A stretch of 64,000 nucleotides of DNA from Aureliella sp. (GCA_963691875.1 OY829846.1:2528001-2592000), one strand, 5' to 3'; numbered from the stretch's first letter, positions 1 through 13,755 are shown. The notes: a model not told the origin generated them from the letters alone. Numbers and translations: made by a program.

Positions 1-2209
1 CCTGCATTTCATTTCCAAGTCCTGTACCTCTGAGCACAATGCTACTGCAGGCGCTGGTGAAGCGATTCTCGGCGAACATATCGTTAAACCGATCGACCGT
101 TCGGCTACGAGGATAAATAGGCGGGGCCACTCCCGGCTGGAGGACCAACTGCGTTCTTGGAACTGAGGCATTCCGTGAGAGTATGTCGTACCGCTCAACT
201 GGGAAGTGAAAAAGTGGCACGCTGTTGTTATTGCCATACCAACGTCCCCAGCGGTCACGCGAGCGCACAAACTGCGTCGAGCCGGGAAGCCTTTGCAGCT
301 CTCCAGTATCCGGATTCCAACGAAGATCAACGCCACCAACGCCGATTCCCTCTTCGCCTGGCGGACCCAGCTTACTGGAGTAGCCGGACCCAAAATACAC
401 CATGCCATCCAAGCCCCAGTCAAACCCACTCGCTCTGTGCTGAGGATTTGCGTGCCCAACTCCGGTCAACAGGACTCTTCGTTCGTCGGCTATGCCATCG
501 CCATTGGTGTCACGGGCGAAAAAGATGTCCGGCGCCGCGATCACAATCGCTCCATCCCGCCAGGGCAATACACTCGTGGGATACTCAAGGCCATCCAGAA
601 ACAGGTCCGCTGTATCGAGTTGTCCGTCACCGTCAGAATCCGTCAGGCATTTCACTCTTCCTCCATTTTTACCAAGCGGATAATCTCCCATTTCGACAAC
701 CCACACACTACCGTCAGCCGCAAAGGCAAGATTCACAGGATCAGAGATAAGTGGTTCCATCGCAACCAGTTCTATCTCGAAGCCATCAGGGAGACGCATG
801 CATGCCATCGACTGTTCCGGCGACTTCTCCAATTCCTCTTGCGTCGAAACATCCAAAATTTCATGAACGCGGCGGACAAGCAGGTCTTCCGTTCCCGCTT
901 GCCAGCGCCCCGGCTGACTGTAATAGACCATCGAATAGTCGACTTCATAGCCACCAGCCGAGCGCATGTTTTCAGCGGCGATGTAAGCAAAAACATCGTC
1001 GCTATAGGCTGCCACCCAAACATCTTCAAAGCGAGATAGCTCTTCCTCGAGTCGTATTTGATACTGGACGACAACTTCACCGCCGAGGAATATCCAAGCC
1101 AGCTGATCTCCAAAAGTCCAGGTGTGAATCGGAGCGGGATGGGATTCGGGCAATCGACCTTTTTCACTCCAAGTCTCTAGTAGCTTGCGTGCCCAACGAG
1201 CACGGTTGGCGTCTGGATCTTCACGCCAGGCATCTAACTGCTTTCTTGAGGGAAGCTCTGCGGATAGTCCGGCGTAACCGAAACTTGCTTTCGGCGATGA
1301 ACTGATAGGTTGGAGGGCTTTACTTCGAACCACGCCATCTACGGCGTGAGCCATCTCGTGGCCATGCTTCACGGCGATCTCATAGCTGTCGCGAGGCTCA
1401 GGATTGGCATCCGCTCCGCAGCCGATGATGGGCAAGAATGTAGCACCCTTATGTAGTTCTTCTAGCTCGGACGCAGCGATCCCCGCCCAATCTCCTGTCA
1501 CCTCGTTGAACGCAGGCCCCATTGTCGTGCAATGGCAGGCATACTGAAACACCGCACCGCTTAGTTTGTCGTTCGCATCTCGAACGACCAGCACCCGGAC
1601 TCGGCGATCCGTTGGGCCATCCGGAGTCACGCCAAAACCCGTCCATGTACCATCCTTGATGACTCGCCGATGAGCAGCGAAGCCTGCTTTACCTGTCCCT
1701 ACCGAGAGCTTACAAAGCCGGCGTCGAGCAATTGCTTCATTCGCCGCCGCAACACACTGATCGTGAACAAAATCACGATACTTGCGTAGAGCATCGTTCT
1801 GCTCTTCGGATGGCAGCACGCGGAACAAATTTGTAAGCCCACCCACAATCTGAGGTGCGGTGTGTGAATGCGTTGAGCAAAGAACAAGACGAGACCGCTC
1901 TAGTGCATGCTGCTTATTGATTGCTTCCAACAGCCGTTCTGTCTGAGAAGCCAAAACTGCGATGCCTTCAACCGAGACCATAACGCAAATATTGTCCTCG
2001 TCACCAATCGCCATGGCTCGGACGGACAAAGGGTCTCGAACTCCGGTGCTCACGTCAGTGCGTGCTCCGTAGCCGCTTAGTCGAAGCGGCTGCTTAGGAG
2101 TGATATCGCGCGTCGCAAATCCAACCGGCACGAGCTCGGTGTCATCGGCGTACAACTTCGGGATCGCGAACTGGATCGCGATCAGAATGAGTACAAATTT
2201 GGTATTCAT
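1..2209 (-). CDS. Neutral/alkaline ceramidase-like N-terminal domain fused to PVC-type heme-binding (putative membrane-bound dehydrogenase) propeller; runs off the left edge
   Basis: Not in the ORF track (no stop in window). Hand translation from ATG at 2209: signal peptide MNTKFVLILIAIQFAIPKLYA, then VGFATRDITPKQPLRLSGYGAR and CSTHSHTAP (ceramidase-like), later LPDGFEIELVAMEPLISDPVNLAF, VEMGDYP and DSDGDGQLD (PVC-type propeller). Confidence 0.85.
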   Translation of the reverse strand, partial: MNTKFVLILIAIQFAIPKLYADDTELVPVGFATRDITPKQPLRLSGYGARTDVSTGVRDPLSVRAMAIGDEDNICVMVSVEGIAVLASQTERLLEAINKQHALERSRLVLCSTHSHTAPQIVGGLTNLFRVLPSEEQNDALRKYRDFVHDQCVAAANEAIARRRLCKLSVGTGKAGFAAHRRVIKDGTWTGFGVTPDGPTDRRVRVLVVRDANDKLSGAVFQYACHCTTMGPAFNEVTGDWAGIAASELEELHKGATFLPIIGCGADANPEPRDSYEIAVKHGHEMAHAVDGVVRSKALQPISSSPKASFGYAGLSAELPSRKQLDAWREDPDANRARWARKLLETWSEKGRLPESHPAPIHTWTFGDQLAWIFLGGEVVVQYQIRLEEELSRFEDVWVAAYSDDVFAYIAAENMRSAGGYEVDYSMVYYSQPGRWQAGTEDLLVRRVHEILDVSTQEELEKSPEQSMACMRLPDGFEIELVAMEPLISDPVNLAFAADGSVWVVEMGDYPLGKNGGRVKCLTDSDGDGQLDTADLFLDGLEYPTSVLPWRDGAIVIAAPDIFFARDTNGDGIADERRVLLTGVGHANPQHRASGFDWGLDGMVYFGSGYSSKLGPPGEEGIGVGGVDLRWNPDTGELQRLPGSTQFVRSRDRWGRWYGNNNSVPLFHFPVERYDILSRNASVPRTQLVLQPGVAPPIYPRSRTVDRFNDMFAENRFTSACSSIVLRGTGLGNEMQ

Positions 2210-2242
2210 AACAGCCTCGCTTGCCCAAACAGAACTTGATAC

Positions 2243-2704
2243 CTAGGAATCCTTCTTTGCTGGGTGCACTTCAAGTGCTTCCCACTGTTCATCAATTTCC
2301 TTCTGCTCACCCTGGGAATCAGGATAAAGCACGAAGTTGTCTCGGGCGAATTCGCATAGCCGAAGGACCTCTTTTCTCAGATGTCGAACGTGGGGCTCAT
2401 GCCATCCACTGAAGTGATGCTTAGGCCCCTGAGGGAGAATCCACTCCTCGCGATCATCGCGGCATTCTGACGGGACGAGCTCAGTTCCTCCTACGTAAGA
2501 AGCAAGCACGGGATACGAGTAGGCGAAAGCTTTTCCACACATCGCCATGAATTCCTCACGATAACGCTCTGAGTGCTCCCTAGACCTCAACTGTGCCTCA
2601 TCCAGAGTCAGCCCGCAAAAGTTCTTCCAAGTGCATTGATTATCCAGATCGCCAAGATAGGGATCCGAGTCCTGCTCCGCCAGAAGCTCGTCACTTTTTT
2701 CCAT
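2243..2704 (-). CDS. Hypothetical protein, possibly degenerating
   Basis: ORF 2243..2896 overlaps the upstream gene, so the likely start is ATG 2704 (MEKSDELL). The WKNFCGLTLDEA...GKAFAYSYPVL segment resembles small planctomycete hypothetical proteins. Confidence 0.5.
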   Translation of the reverse strand: MEKSDELLAEQDSDPYLGDLDNQCTWKNFCGLTLDEAQLRSREHSERYREEFMAMCGKAFAYSYPVLASYVGGTELVPSECRDDREEWILPQGPKHHFSGWHEPHVRHLRKEVLRLCEFARDNFVLYPDSQGEQKEIDEQWEALEVHPAKKDS

Positions 2705-2765
2705 CTTTGCCCGCGCCGAAATTAAATACTTCACGATAACGAATGCACCCGTTTCATTTTGCTGT

Positions 2766-4079
2766 TTATGCCCAGTCTCGCGCGGCGCGAAAACGCAACC
2801 GATTGGCATCGTCATCATCCACAAAGGTCTCTGTCTTCGGATCGATGGTGAGTTTTCGACCAAGTATCCAAGACAAAGCAGCAGCGTGGCAGGCAATATG
2901 CGACCGTCGCATCACCGTTGGATTACAGACGGTTTGCTCCCTACTCTTGACGCAATCGAAGAAGTTCCTGGCGTGAGCTCCGACATCAAGTCCACGTACG
3001 CGTTTCGTTTGATCAATCTCTTTGCGTAGAGCTTCGGAGCTGGTGACAATCTCACCTTCATCACCGGTTTCTACACTTCCTTCACTGCCCTTGAAACGAA
3101 CGGGGCAAGTGCCGAGCCGCGTTATCCAGCGAGGACCGCGGTTTCCAAAAGGATCTTCGAGGAAGTCAACCTCTAACCGAACTCCATTGGCATACTGACA
3201 GATGATGTTCTTCTCAGTCGACTCATAGCTAATCGGCATCGTATCGTCGGCTTGATTGGCCCACTGACACAAGTCAACTGTGTGCGCGCCCCAGTCGAGA
3301 AGTCGCGCGCCGCTATCGAAATCATGAATGCCTCGCCAACGACCCTCCACATACTTTTTGTTGTAAGGTCGCCAAGGTGCGGGGCCGAGCCACATATTCC
3401 AATCACAGTCTTGCTTGGCCGGTGTTGACTCCGATGGCAACCAAGCGTTATCCAGCGTGGGAACGTAAACCGTCGCATGAAGAGATTGGATTTCGCCAAG
3501 TTCTCCACTATGTGCAAGCTCGACGACTTTCTGGAAGTTCGGGACGCTCCGGCGTTGCGTACCAGCTTGGAAGATTCGTCCGGTTTTCTTAAATACCTTG
3601 GAAATATTCTGGCAGTCGCCAATGGTGATCCCGCATGGCTTTTCACTGTACACGTCTTTGCCTGCTTCGGCTGCAGCAATCGAAGCAGCTGCGTGCCAAC
3701 GGTCCCCGGTTGCGATGATGACGGCATCAATATCTTCTCGCGCAAGTAGCTCGCGGAAGTCTCGATAGAGCTTCAAGTCACTGCTTCCATAGTGACCATC
3801 GATGAGCTTCTTTCCTTTTGCGCGTCGCGATTGCTGTACATCTGCGAGCGCCACACATTGGACATCCGGCAGCTTCAAAATCGACTTCATGTCGTAAGTA
3901 CATCGTGGCCCAATTCCGATTACGCCCAGCGTAATTTTTTCAGAAGGCGCGACGAACGCACCATTGCCCATCGCTTTAGAAGAAACAAAGTATGGCGCGG
4001 CGGCAGCCGTTGCTGCAGTCCCTTGCAAAAACTTTCTGCGAGCCAGTTTTGGGTTGGTGGTATTTTTCTGCTCAGACAT
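2766..4079 (-). CDS. Gfo/Idh/MocA family oxidoreductase, Tat-exported
   Basis: Twin-arginine RRKFLQG, Rossmann GVIGIGPR, DAVIIATGDRWH, KDVYSEKP, GTQRRS, DWNMWLGPAP, DWGAH. Likely start MSEQK at 4079. Confidence 0.92.
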   Translation of the reverse strand: MSEQKNTTNPKLARRKFLQGTAATAAAAPYFVSSKAMGNGAFVAPSEKITLGVIGIGPRCTYDMKSILKLPDVQCVALADVQQSRRAKGKKLIDGHYGSSDLKLYRDFRELLAREDIDAVIIATGDRWHAAASIAAAEAGKDVYSEKPCGITIGDCQNISKVFKKTGRIFQAGTQRRSVPNFQKVVELAHSGELGEIQSLHATVYVPTLDNAWLPSESTPAKQDCDWNMWLGPAPWRPYNKKYVEGRWRGIHDFDSGARLLDWGAHTVDLCQWANQADDTMPISYESTEKNIICQYANGVRLEVDFLEDPFGNRGPRWITRLGTCPVRFKGSEGSVETGDEGEIVTSSEALRKEIDQTKRVRGLDVGAHARNFFDCVKSREQTVCNPTVMRRSHIACHAAALSWILGRKLTIDPKTETFVDDDDANRLRFRAARDWA

Positions 4080-4261
4080 GAATCGTGCCTCGGAGGGAAG
4101 CTGGAGGATCAATCGCTAGGGTAGAATACCCAGCTTAACATAGTCGTCGATGCTGAACCAAGGAAGCGCGCGAGCTTGGCTGCATTCGACCTGAGAATGT
4201 AAACGCACATTGCCTTAACAGTGCTGCCCTCGTATGCGATCCACTGCGGAACACATGCCGT

Positions 4262-4603
4262 GTCCTCCCGAATTTTTTTACCTTTGACTCTACTCACCGC
4301 CATGTTCTAGGTGCTAATGAAGCGCCTTCAACACTACTTTGTGCGATGGATTGGCGCGAGGGCGGCGCTCCCTGGAATTCAGGACCCTTGCGAGATGGCT
4401 TTCGAGGCTAAAGCAGCTGGTTTGTCGAAGTTAAACGGGCCGGACGCTATCGTGTGACGCTCTGCCGCGCCATGAAGGAGACATCGCTACCGCTGAAAGC
4501 TGATAGCGGTGAAGTCAAGATTGGTACCAACACTGCCAAGCACAATCTCCAACCTGGAGATACAGAGTGTGCCTTGGAACTCGATTTAGAACCCGGCGAA
4601 TAG
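4262..4603 (+). pseudogene. C-terminal remnant of an arylsulfatase-type protein
   Basis: Frame reads HVLGANEAPSTLLCAMDWREGGAPWNSGPLRDGFRG*SSWFVEVKRAGRYRVTLCR...GEVKIG...ALELDLEPGE*, with an in-frame TAA at 4409-4411. It resembles the C-terminal beta domain of planctomycete sulfatases; no catalytic domain lies upstream. Confidence 0.55.
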
Positions 4604-5125
4604 TACCCGGCGAATTCGCTTTGCAATCGATACTTGCAAAGAGCGACAAGTTTGTCAAGCCACAGACCTGGGGTGACAATTTTGCTTAAGTCGATTTTCT
4701 GAAGCCAGCCGGAAAGGGAAGCGAAAATGAACTCGTCTGTACATGTGTCGACTTAGTTTTGGTTTCTTCGGTAACATCTTTCGGGCAACCCCGTGGTGGA
4801 ATCAGCGTCGTCTGCAAAAGGATACTGGAGAGGAATCCGATTGATGCAGCATCATGGCGGTAGAGACTTTCTACCGCTGAGTCCTGGCTGCAGTTCAGAA
4901 AAACGACTTCACCATCGAAAACATTAGGAAACTCCACCCAGTATTGAATCCCACCGCCGAACGCTTGACCTTGCAGTTCATGGATGGCAATCGAGTCACG
5001 CTTGTCGGTTCGAATTAGCATTGGCATTTTGTCCCTACGAGCAACAACAAGCAGAAATCTAAGCTCCAAGTTGTTAAAATCGTGTCAACGAATACTCACT
5101 CAATCCAACTATCCGAAGAATATAC

Positions 5126-6490
5126 ATGTCAATCCCGCCTCAATCTCAACCATGTTGTTCTGTTCAAAGGCTCTTATGTAGCATCGCCTTGTGTTCTCTC
5201 GTACTCTCGACAAGTGTGCGGGCAGACAACTGGCCGCACTGGCGAGGCGACTCGGGCAACAGCACAGCTCCGCACGCAAGCCCGCCGACCCAGTGGAGCG
5301 GCAGCAAGAACGTGAAATGGAAAGTAGCCGTTCCTGGCCGTGGCTCTGGTTCGCCCATCGTCTGGGAAGACCAAGTTTTCGTCGTTACCGCTGTTCCTAG
5401 TGCCTCACCTCGTCCAGTGTCTTTCAACCCACAGCAACGCGGCCAGCGTGGGCAAGGTCGCGGCGGACGAGGAAACGCCTTTCCGCTGCAACAACTTGAC
5501 TTCAAAGTCTTTTGCTTCTCGCGGACGGACGGATCTCTGCAGTGGGAAAAAACGGCCGTCAGTGCGAAACCGCATGAGGGCACGCACAGCACTAATGGCT
5601 TTGCATCAGCCTCTCCAACAACCGACGGCAAGCACGTTTACGTGCACTTTGGCTCTCGAGGGCTTTACTGCTACACCATGTCGGGCAAGCTGAAGTGGAA
5701 GCGTAGTGACTTTGGAAAAATGACAACGCGTGCCACCTTCGGCGAAGGTAGCTCACCGACACTTGTCGACAACATGGTTGTCGTGCCTTGGGACCACGAA
5801 GGAAAATCGTCGATTTATGCCCTCGACAAAACGACAGGGAAGACGATTTGGAAAACCGAGCGCGACGAACCAACTTGCTGGGCCACGCCGCTGATCGTCA
5901 GTCACCATGGCAAGAAGCAAGTTGTAATGAACGGACAGAACTATGCTCGCGCCTATGATTTGTCCTCTGGGAAAGAACTCTGGCGCTGCGGTGGCCAGAC
6001 GGATCGTCCTGTTGCATCGGCAGTTACAGAAGACGGTTTAGTTTTCGTTGGGAGTGGATTTCGCGGTTCTTTCCTGGGCGCTTTTCGCCTAACAGGAACG
6101 GGCGACATCGCTGGCAGCCAGCATGTTGCCTGGACGACCAGCCGCGACACGCCTGATATTGCTTCTCCGTTGCTGACTCAGGGACGACTGTACTACCACA
6201 AGGGCAAGTCAGGCATTATTACTTGCGTGAATGCCAAGACCGGCGAGCCAAACTACGAGGCTCAGCGACTGGGAGCGCTCGGTGATATGGTCTACGCCTC
6301 GCCAGTCGCCGCAGGCGGATACGTTTACTTTACGGGCCGAAACGGAACGACCGTCGTGATCAAGGATTCCAATCAATTCGAGATTGTTGCGACGAACTCG
6401 CTGGGCGAAGGCGTCGATGCCACTCCCGCTCCGGTGGACAACGAATTGTTCGTCCGTGGCGAGAAGCACTTGTTCTGCATTTCCCAGTAA
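5126..6490 (+). CDS. PQQ-binding-like beta-propeller repeat protein (BamB-like family)
   Basis: Signal peptide, then ADNWPHWRG, NVKWKVAVPGRGSGSPIVW, ASASPTTDG, GEGSSP, YASPVAAGG, ATPAPVDNELFVRGEKHLFCI. Confidence 0.9.
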   Translation: MSIPPQSQPCCSVQRLLCSIALCSLVLSTSVRADNWPHWRGDSGNSTAPHASPPTQWSGSKNVKWKVAVPGRGSGSPIVWEDQVFVVTAVPSASPRPVSFNPQQRGQRGQGRGGRGNAFPLQQLDFKVFCFSRTDGSLQWEKTAVSAKPHEGTHSTNGFASASPTTDGKHVYVHFGSRGLYCYTMSGKLKWKRSDFGKMTTRATFGEGSSPTLVDNMVVVPWDHEGKSSIYALDKTTGKTIWKTERDEPTCWATPLIVSHHGKKQVVMNGQNYARAYDLSSGKELWRCGGQTDRPVASAVTEDGLVFVGSGFRGSFLGAFRLTGTGDIAGSQHVAWTTSRDTPDIASPLLTQGRLYYHKGKSGIITCVNAKTGEPNYEAQRLGALGDMVYASPVAAGGYVYFTGRNGTTVVIKDSNQFEIVATNSLGEGVDATPAPVDNELFVRGEKHLFCISQ

Positions 6491-6530
6491 TTTCTTACAG
6501 CGTTGCCACGAGCCGCTTTTGAAACAGCAA

Positions 6531-7742
6531 TTAGTGGGCAGGGTTGGCGTACCAGATGACGCCCAACCCTCGCCCTTCATGACGCTCTTCGCAAGTCAAG
6601 ATGTCGAGATCGCCGTCTTGATCGATATCTACGAGTTCTATCAGATCAAACTTGATTCCATCTGGGCCACTGACGTCGTGCCATCGCCATTGAGTTTCGG
6701 ATTTCTTCAAATAGATCACACCGCGTTTCGGCGGGTTCGCTGACTCGCAGCTATACACAATCTCGTCTTGGCCATCTCCGTCCAAGTCTCCAACCGCGAG
6801 CCCTTTTGCATTGCCAAACTTTGGAATCGGCACGACCGGAATAGATTGCACCTCCCAATCAGCGGTCTTCGCATCGATCTGTTTGCAATGGTAGTGCAAG
6901 ATAGTGTTCGGTTTCTCAGCAACATGAATGTGAACTCCGCCCTGTTTGATTGCGACATCCATAAACATCACCTGTCTACCGGTAGGGCCAATGCGATGCT
7001 GCGTCCAGTCCAGAGCATCTTTGCCTGGATTCTCCAGCCAGTAGACACCAGACTGTGATGACTTTCGATCGTCATAAAGGATGTCGTTGTCGCCGTCTCC
7101 GTCCATGTCAATTGCGAACACGGACATGATCCAACTTGCCTTGGCCAGTTTCTGAATCCGCCACTCCTTCGAACCTGATCCTTTGCGACGAAGCAAGGCG
7201 ATCTGCCCATTGGGATCTTTGCTGGCTAATATCATCGGCGCACTTCCGCTATTCTTTGCGTCAAGCGAGACTGCAAACATCCAGCGCGTAACGTTTTTGC
7301 TGCAATCCAGAACTTCGTGCCTCCAGGCATCCGCACGCATCAAATCGTTCCGATCAGAGGGAGCAAAGATCAAGTGTAAGCTTTGCTCTTTTCCTTCGCA
7401 GCTGCTGATTACGTCCAGCTGTCCGTCACCATCGAGATCTACCCAAGCAGCGTCTTCTGTTGAAGGAGTTTTGCCTAAATCAACAAAGGGCCAAGGACTA
7501 GTTGCTTTCGCTCGTCCAGGATGAAAGTATGCCCGTGTTCGTCCGCTCTCTTCCCAGCCTGTAACGATATCGAGCAGGCCATCTTTGTTGGCATCCGCCA
7601 GTTTCACACCATCGGCGCCACGCAATTCATCATCGATCGCGTAGCGTTTCCAATACTCCTGACCTGCCGCAGAACAGGCCAAAGAGCAGATGCACAAGAC
7701 AGCCTTACAATACCTGAGGGCCACCCAACTCCTTGAACTCAC
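6531..7742 (-). CDS. FG-GAP/VCBS repeat protein
   Basis: Repeated DxDxDGxxD motifs (DANKDGLLDI, DLDGDGQLDV, DMDGDGDNDI, DLDGDGQDEI, DIDQDGDLDI) and a signal peptide. Confidence 0.88.
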   Translation of the reverse strand: MSSRSWVALRYCKAVLCICSLACSAAGQEYWKRYAIDDELRGADGVKLADANKDGLLDIVTGWEESGRTRAYFHPGRAKATSPWPFVDLGKTPSTEDAAWVDLDGDGQLDVISSCEGKEQSLHLIFAPSDRNDLMRADAWRHEVLDCSKNVTRWMFAVSLDAKNSGSAPMILASKDPNGQIALLRRKGSGSKEWRIQKLAKASWIMSVFAIDMDGDGDNDILYDDRKSSQSGVYWLENPGKDALDWTQHRIGPTGRQVMFMDVAIKQGGVHIHVAEKPNTILHYHCKQIDAKTADWEVQSIPVVPIPKFGNAKGLAVGDLDGDGQDEIVYSCESANPPKRGVIYLKKSETQWRWHDVSGPDGIKFDLIELVDIDQDGDLDILTCEERHEGRGLGVIWYANPAH

Positions 7743-7956
7743 AACGGACCTTTCAGAAAGAATAACTTATAAAGCTCTGGACTAGTTTTCTTACCCCTAA
7801 CCTTCACGGATTGCCAGAGTCAATTAGAGTTTTACATTGGCGAAGTGAACCGTACACGTCAGTGTTGGGCTGAACCAGGAAAACTCTGACCCGCTACTAG
7901 CGTCGTCGGCTCACAGATTGAGATTCTCAATTACCCTACCCTGAACAAAGAGCGGC

Positions 7957-11151
<3,195 letters not shown>

Positions 11152-11443
11152 CTAGGTCTCTCAAGGGTGGGAACAATCCGGGGCCTTCTAGACTGCTCTA
11201 TCGTAATTGCGGTTCCTGCGGGTAGCCGTTTGTCACTGAAGGAATTGGATAGAACTAAGCGATTCGTGGCTTAGGGTGCGACGAGCTGAACTTCAGTAAA
11301 CTGTAGCCGGTGCGAAGGCCTGCTGGTTGCATATCGCAGCTCGTTTTAATGAGTCAAAATGTATTCCGCACTCTTCCACCGCCCTGCCAGCTTGCTATCG
11401 ATGCATCTGGCTAATATTGCGCTCTTGAATTGAGGAACTTCTA

Positions 11444-12508
11444 ATGAGTATCAGGCGCCGACAACTGATAGCAGGTGTTTCCCTCTCTGCCCTTGCGTTT
11501 CAGCTGCGCGTGGTAGCATTCACTGGGCAAGACGAGCTTGGTTGGATAGCACCTCCTGCACTTCGTGAGGAGGACAAGGTGGTTTTCGTTGCTCCCGCTG
11601 GCCCTGTCGATTCAGCAAAAGTGGAAACGGCTCGGAGGACCTTCGAAACCCAAGGACTAGAAGTTGTTGTGCCGAGATCTCTCGCAAGTCGGAGCAGGGG
11701 CTATCTGGCAGGTAGCGATGCTGAACGCCTGGAAGAACTGAACAACGCGATCGCGGACCCGAACATCGCGGGCATCTTTCCGTTTCGAGGCGGCTACGGA
11801 CTGACGCGGATTCTAGACCGAATCGACTACGAAGGGCTCAGAAAGCACCCGAAGATTGTCGCTGGCTTTTCGGATATCACCGCATTGCACCTAGCCATCG
11901 CTAAAAAATCACGCTTGATCACTTTCCACTCACCAATGCCTCAGGCTTATCTATATGACAAAGATGAAGAGAACCCGGTAGTGACCAATTCCTTCTGGGG
12001 TTCCCTTCTGAGGGCAAGATACACGGTCGAACGTGCAAAAGGTTACAGTATCGAGCTGCCCGAGAATGGCCTACGTCCCAAAATGCTCGTCGGTGGCAGA
12101 GCCAGGGGGCGGTTGCTCGGTGGAAACCTCACTCTCCTATGCTCTACACTTGGAACGCCTTTCCAAGTTGACTTCCGAGGAAGTATTCTGTTCATCGAAG
12201 ATGTCGACGAAGCACCTTACCGCATTGATCGCTACCTGTCACAGCTCAGGCTCACTGGGATTTTGGACGATGTATCAGGAATCATCGTGGGTACGCTAAC
12301 GGATTCTCTAGCACGAGAGTCAACCGCTCAATCCGCATGCCAGGATATCTTCGAGCACTACTTTGCCGACCTCGGCGTTCCAGTCATAACAAACTTCCCT
12401 GTGGGCCACACGCGATTGAATCTGACCATACCTCATGGTGCCGAAGCAGAGCTCGATGCTGACGAAACAAGTCTTCGAATTCTCGAACGTACGATTTCAC
12501 CCGGATGA
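11444..12508 (+). CDS. LD-carboxypeptidase (peptidase S66, LdcA/YkfA family)
   Basis: APAGP, YLAGSDAERLEELN, RGGYG, catalytic GFSDIT, GGNLTLL, FIEDVDE, FPVGH (Ser-Glu-His triad). Confidence 0.92.
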   Translation: MSIRRRQLIAGVSLSALAFQLRVVAFTGQDELGWIAPPALREEDKVVFVAPAGPVDSAKVETARRTFETQGLEVVVPRSLASRSRGYLAGSDAERLEELNNAIADPNIAGIFPFRGGYGLTRILDRIDYEGLRKHPKIVAGFSDITALHLAIAKKSRLITFHSPMPQAYLYDKDEENPVVTNSFWGSLLRARYTVERAKGYSIELPENGLRPKMLVGGRARGRLLGGNLTLLCSTLGTPFQVDFRGSILFIEDVDEAPYRIDRYLSQLRLTGILDDVSGIIVGTLTDSLARESTAQSACQDIFEHYFADLGVPVITNFPVGHTRLNLTIPHGAEAELDADETSLRILERTISPG

Positions 12509-12543
12509 GCCCGAGTCGCCGTTCGCGACGAGATCATTGAGCT

Positions 12544-13755
12544 TCAGAACAATCGTTTTGCAAACACAAAGCTTGCGTGACGGCGTGCATCGTAATTGGA
12601 GTCTCTCGGATTCAGGCTTGTAATTTTGGCCACCGGCGACACTGCCTCGAGGTACTGATCGTTTCCGAGATAGATTCCAGTATGGCGAATACGACCATGA
12701 GCGCCGATGAAGTACATGGTGTCACCACGACGCAGGCCGGCCGTATGCCAGCGTGTGGCAGTTAGCCGCCCCATCAAGAACTGTTGGTTCGAATCACGCG
12801 GCAGGTAGACTCCGACAGATTGAAATGCAGTCTGCACGAGTCCTGAACAGTCGATGCCATCGGACGTCTTTCCGCCCCACTGGTAACGAGTGCCTTGCAA
12901 AGCGAGGGCGTTACGCAGCACTTGCTCGATCGTTTCAGAACGATCCGCTGCCTTTTGGCAACGGGATTTTGGTAGAGAAACATGGGAGCCGTCCAGCAAT
13001 GCGACGAAGATAGTTTGGTCTGTTTCCTCAATCCACGTAAGTTGCGTCCCGGCTTGCAACGAGAGTCCGCTCTCAGTCCTGCAGTCGGACTGAACGTTGG
13101 CTCTAGGGCCAGACAAATAGTCTTCGAACTCACTCGCAGTGACTCGTTGCACGTCAGATGATGGCAAAAAACCGAGATAGCCATCTTGGCTATGCACGAG
13201 CAGGTGCGAATCCACCTCGTCCAGCAAGTAAACCGGTTCGGCATAAAGACATTCCGTAACCGTCTCGCCACGACCAGGCTCGCTCGTGCTGAATCGATGA
13301 GGTACTTTTACGAAACCCAACCGTGTTGCCCCAAGCGACGCACTCGGCAACGTTCGTATGTTGCTGGCGTCGACAGAAAGCGACATGGTTTTCAAGTAGC
13401 CAAGAAGCGCGTCTCGCGTTTCAGGGAACTCCACATAGCCGTCAAGCCGGACGCGATCGTCTGCATCCACTTTGGCCTTTACTTGAAAAGCGAACAGTCT
13501 CGTGTCGTTGGCCAGCTGCTGGCGGAAAAACTCGATGTACTGTTTTGCCCTGGTGACTTGCCCGCGAAGGTCGGGTTCGATGCGTCGGGCTAGTTCTTCT
13601 AACTTTTCAAGTTCGATCGGCGGTCGAGCTTTTTGCAAGACGTTGTCATCAGCCCAGCATGCACTTGTCGTCATCCACAATGCAAAGCAAACTGAACACA
13701 TCGGTAGAATCCTTCTGAGCCCATCGAGCAACCACAGTCCAGTGACAAGTCCCAT
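12544..13755 (-). CDS. NlpC/P60 (C40) peptidase with SH3b-like domains, YkfC-like gamma-D-Glu-diamino acid peptidase
   Basis: C-terminal GTRYQWGGKTSDGIDCSGLVQ...LPRDSNQQ...GDTMYF...HTGIYLG; upstream SH3b-like segments (TECLYAEPVYLL...DGYLGFL); N-terminal signal. Confidence 0.88.
   Translation of the reverse strand: MGLVTGLWLLDGLRRILPMCSVCFALWMTTSACWADDNVLQKARPPIELEKLEELARRIEPDLRGQVTRAKQYIEFFRQQLANDTRLFAFQVKAKVDADDRVRLDGYVEFPETRDALLGYLKTMSLSVDASNIRTLPSASLGATRLGFVKVPHRFSTSEPGRGETVTECLYAEPVYLLDEVDSHLLVHSQDGYLGFLPSSDVQRVTASEFEDYLSGPRANVQSDCRTESGLSLQAGTQLTWIEETDQTIFVALLDGSHVSLPKSRCQKAADRSETIEQVLRNALALQGTRYQWGGKTSDGIDCSGLVQTAFQSVGVYLPRDSNQQFLMGRLTATRWHTAGLRRGDTMYFIGAHGRIRHTGIYLGNDQYLEAVSPVAKITSLNPRDSNYDARRHASFVFAKRLF

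Noticed and set aside
157..1305. Plus-strand ORFs of 184-277 aa
   Set aside because: Antisense shadows of the minus-strand CDS at 1..2209, which has clear family motifs.
4686..5069. 127-aa minus-strand ORF
   Set aside because: No recognisable motif or good start; may be a decayed gene but unsupported.
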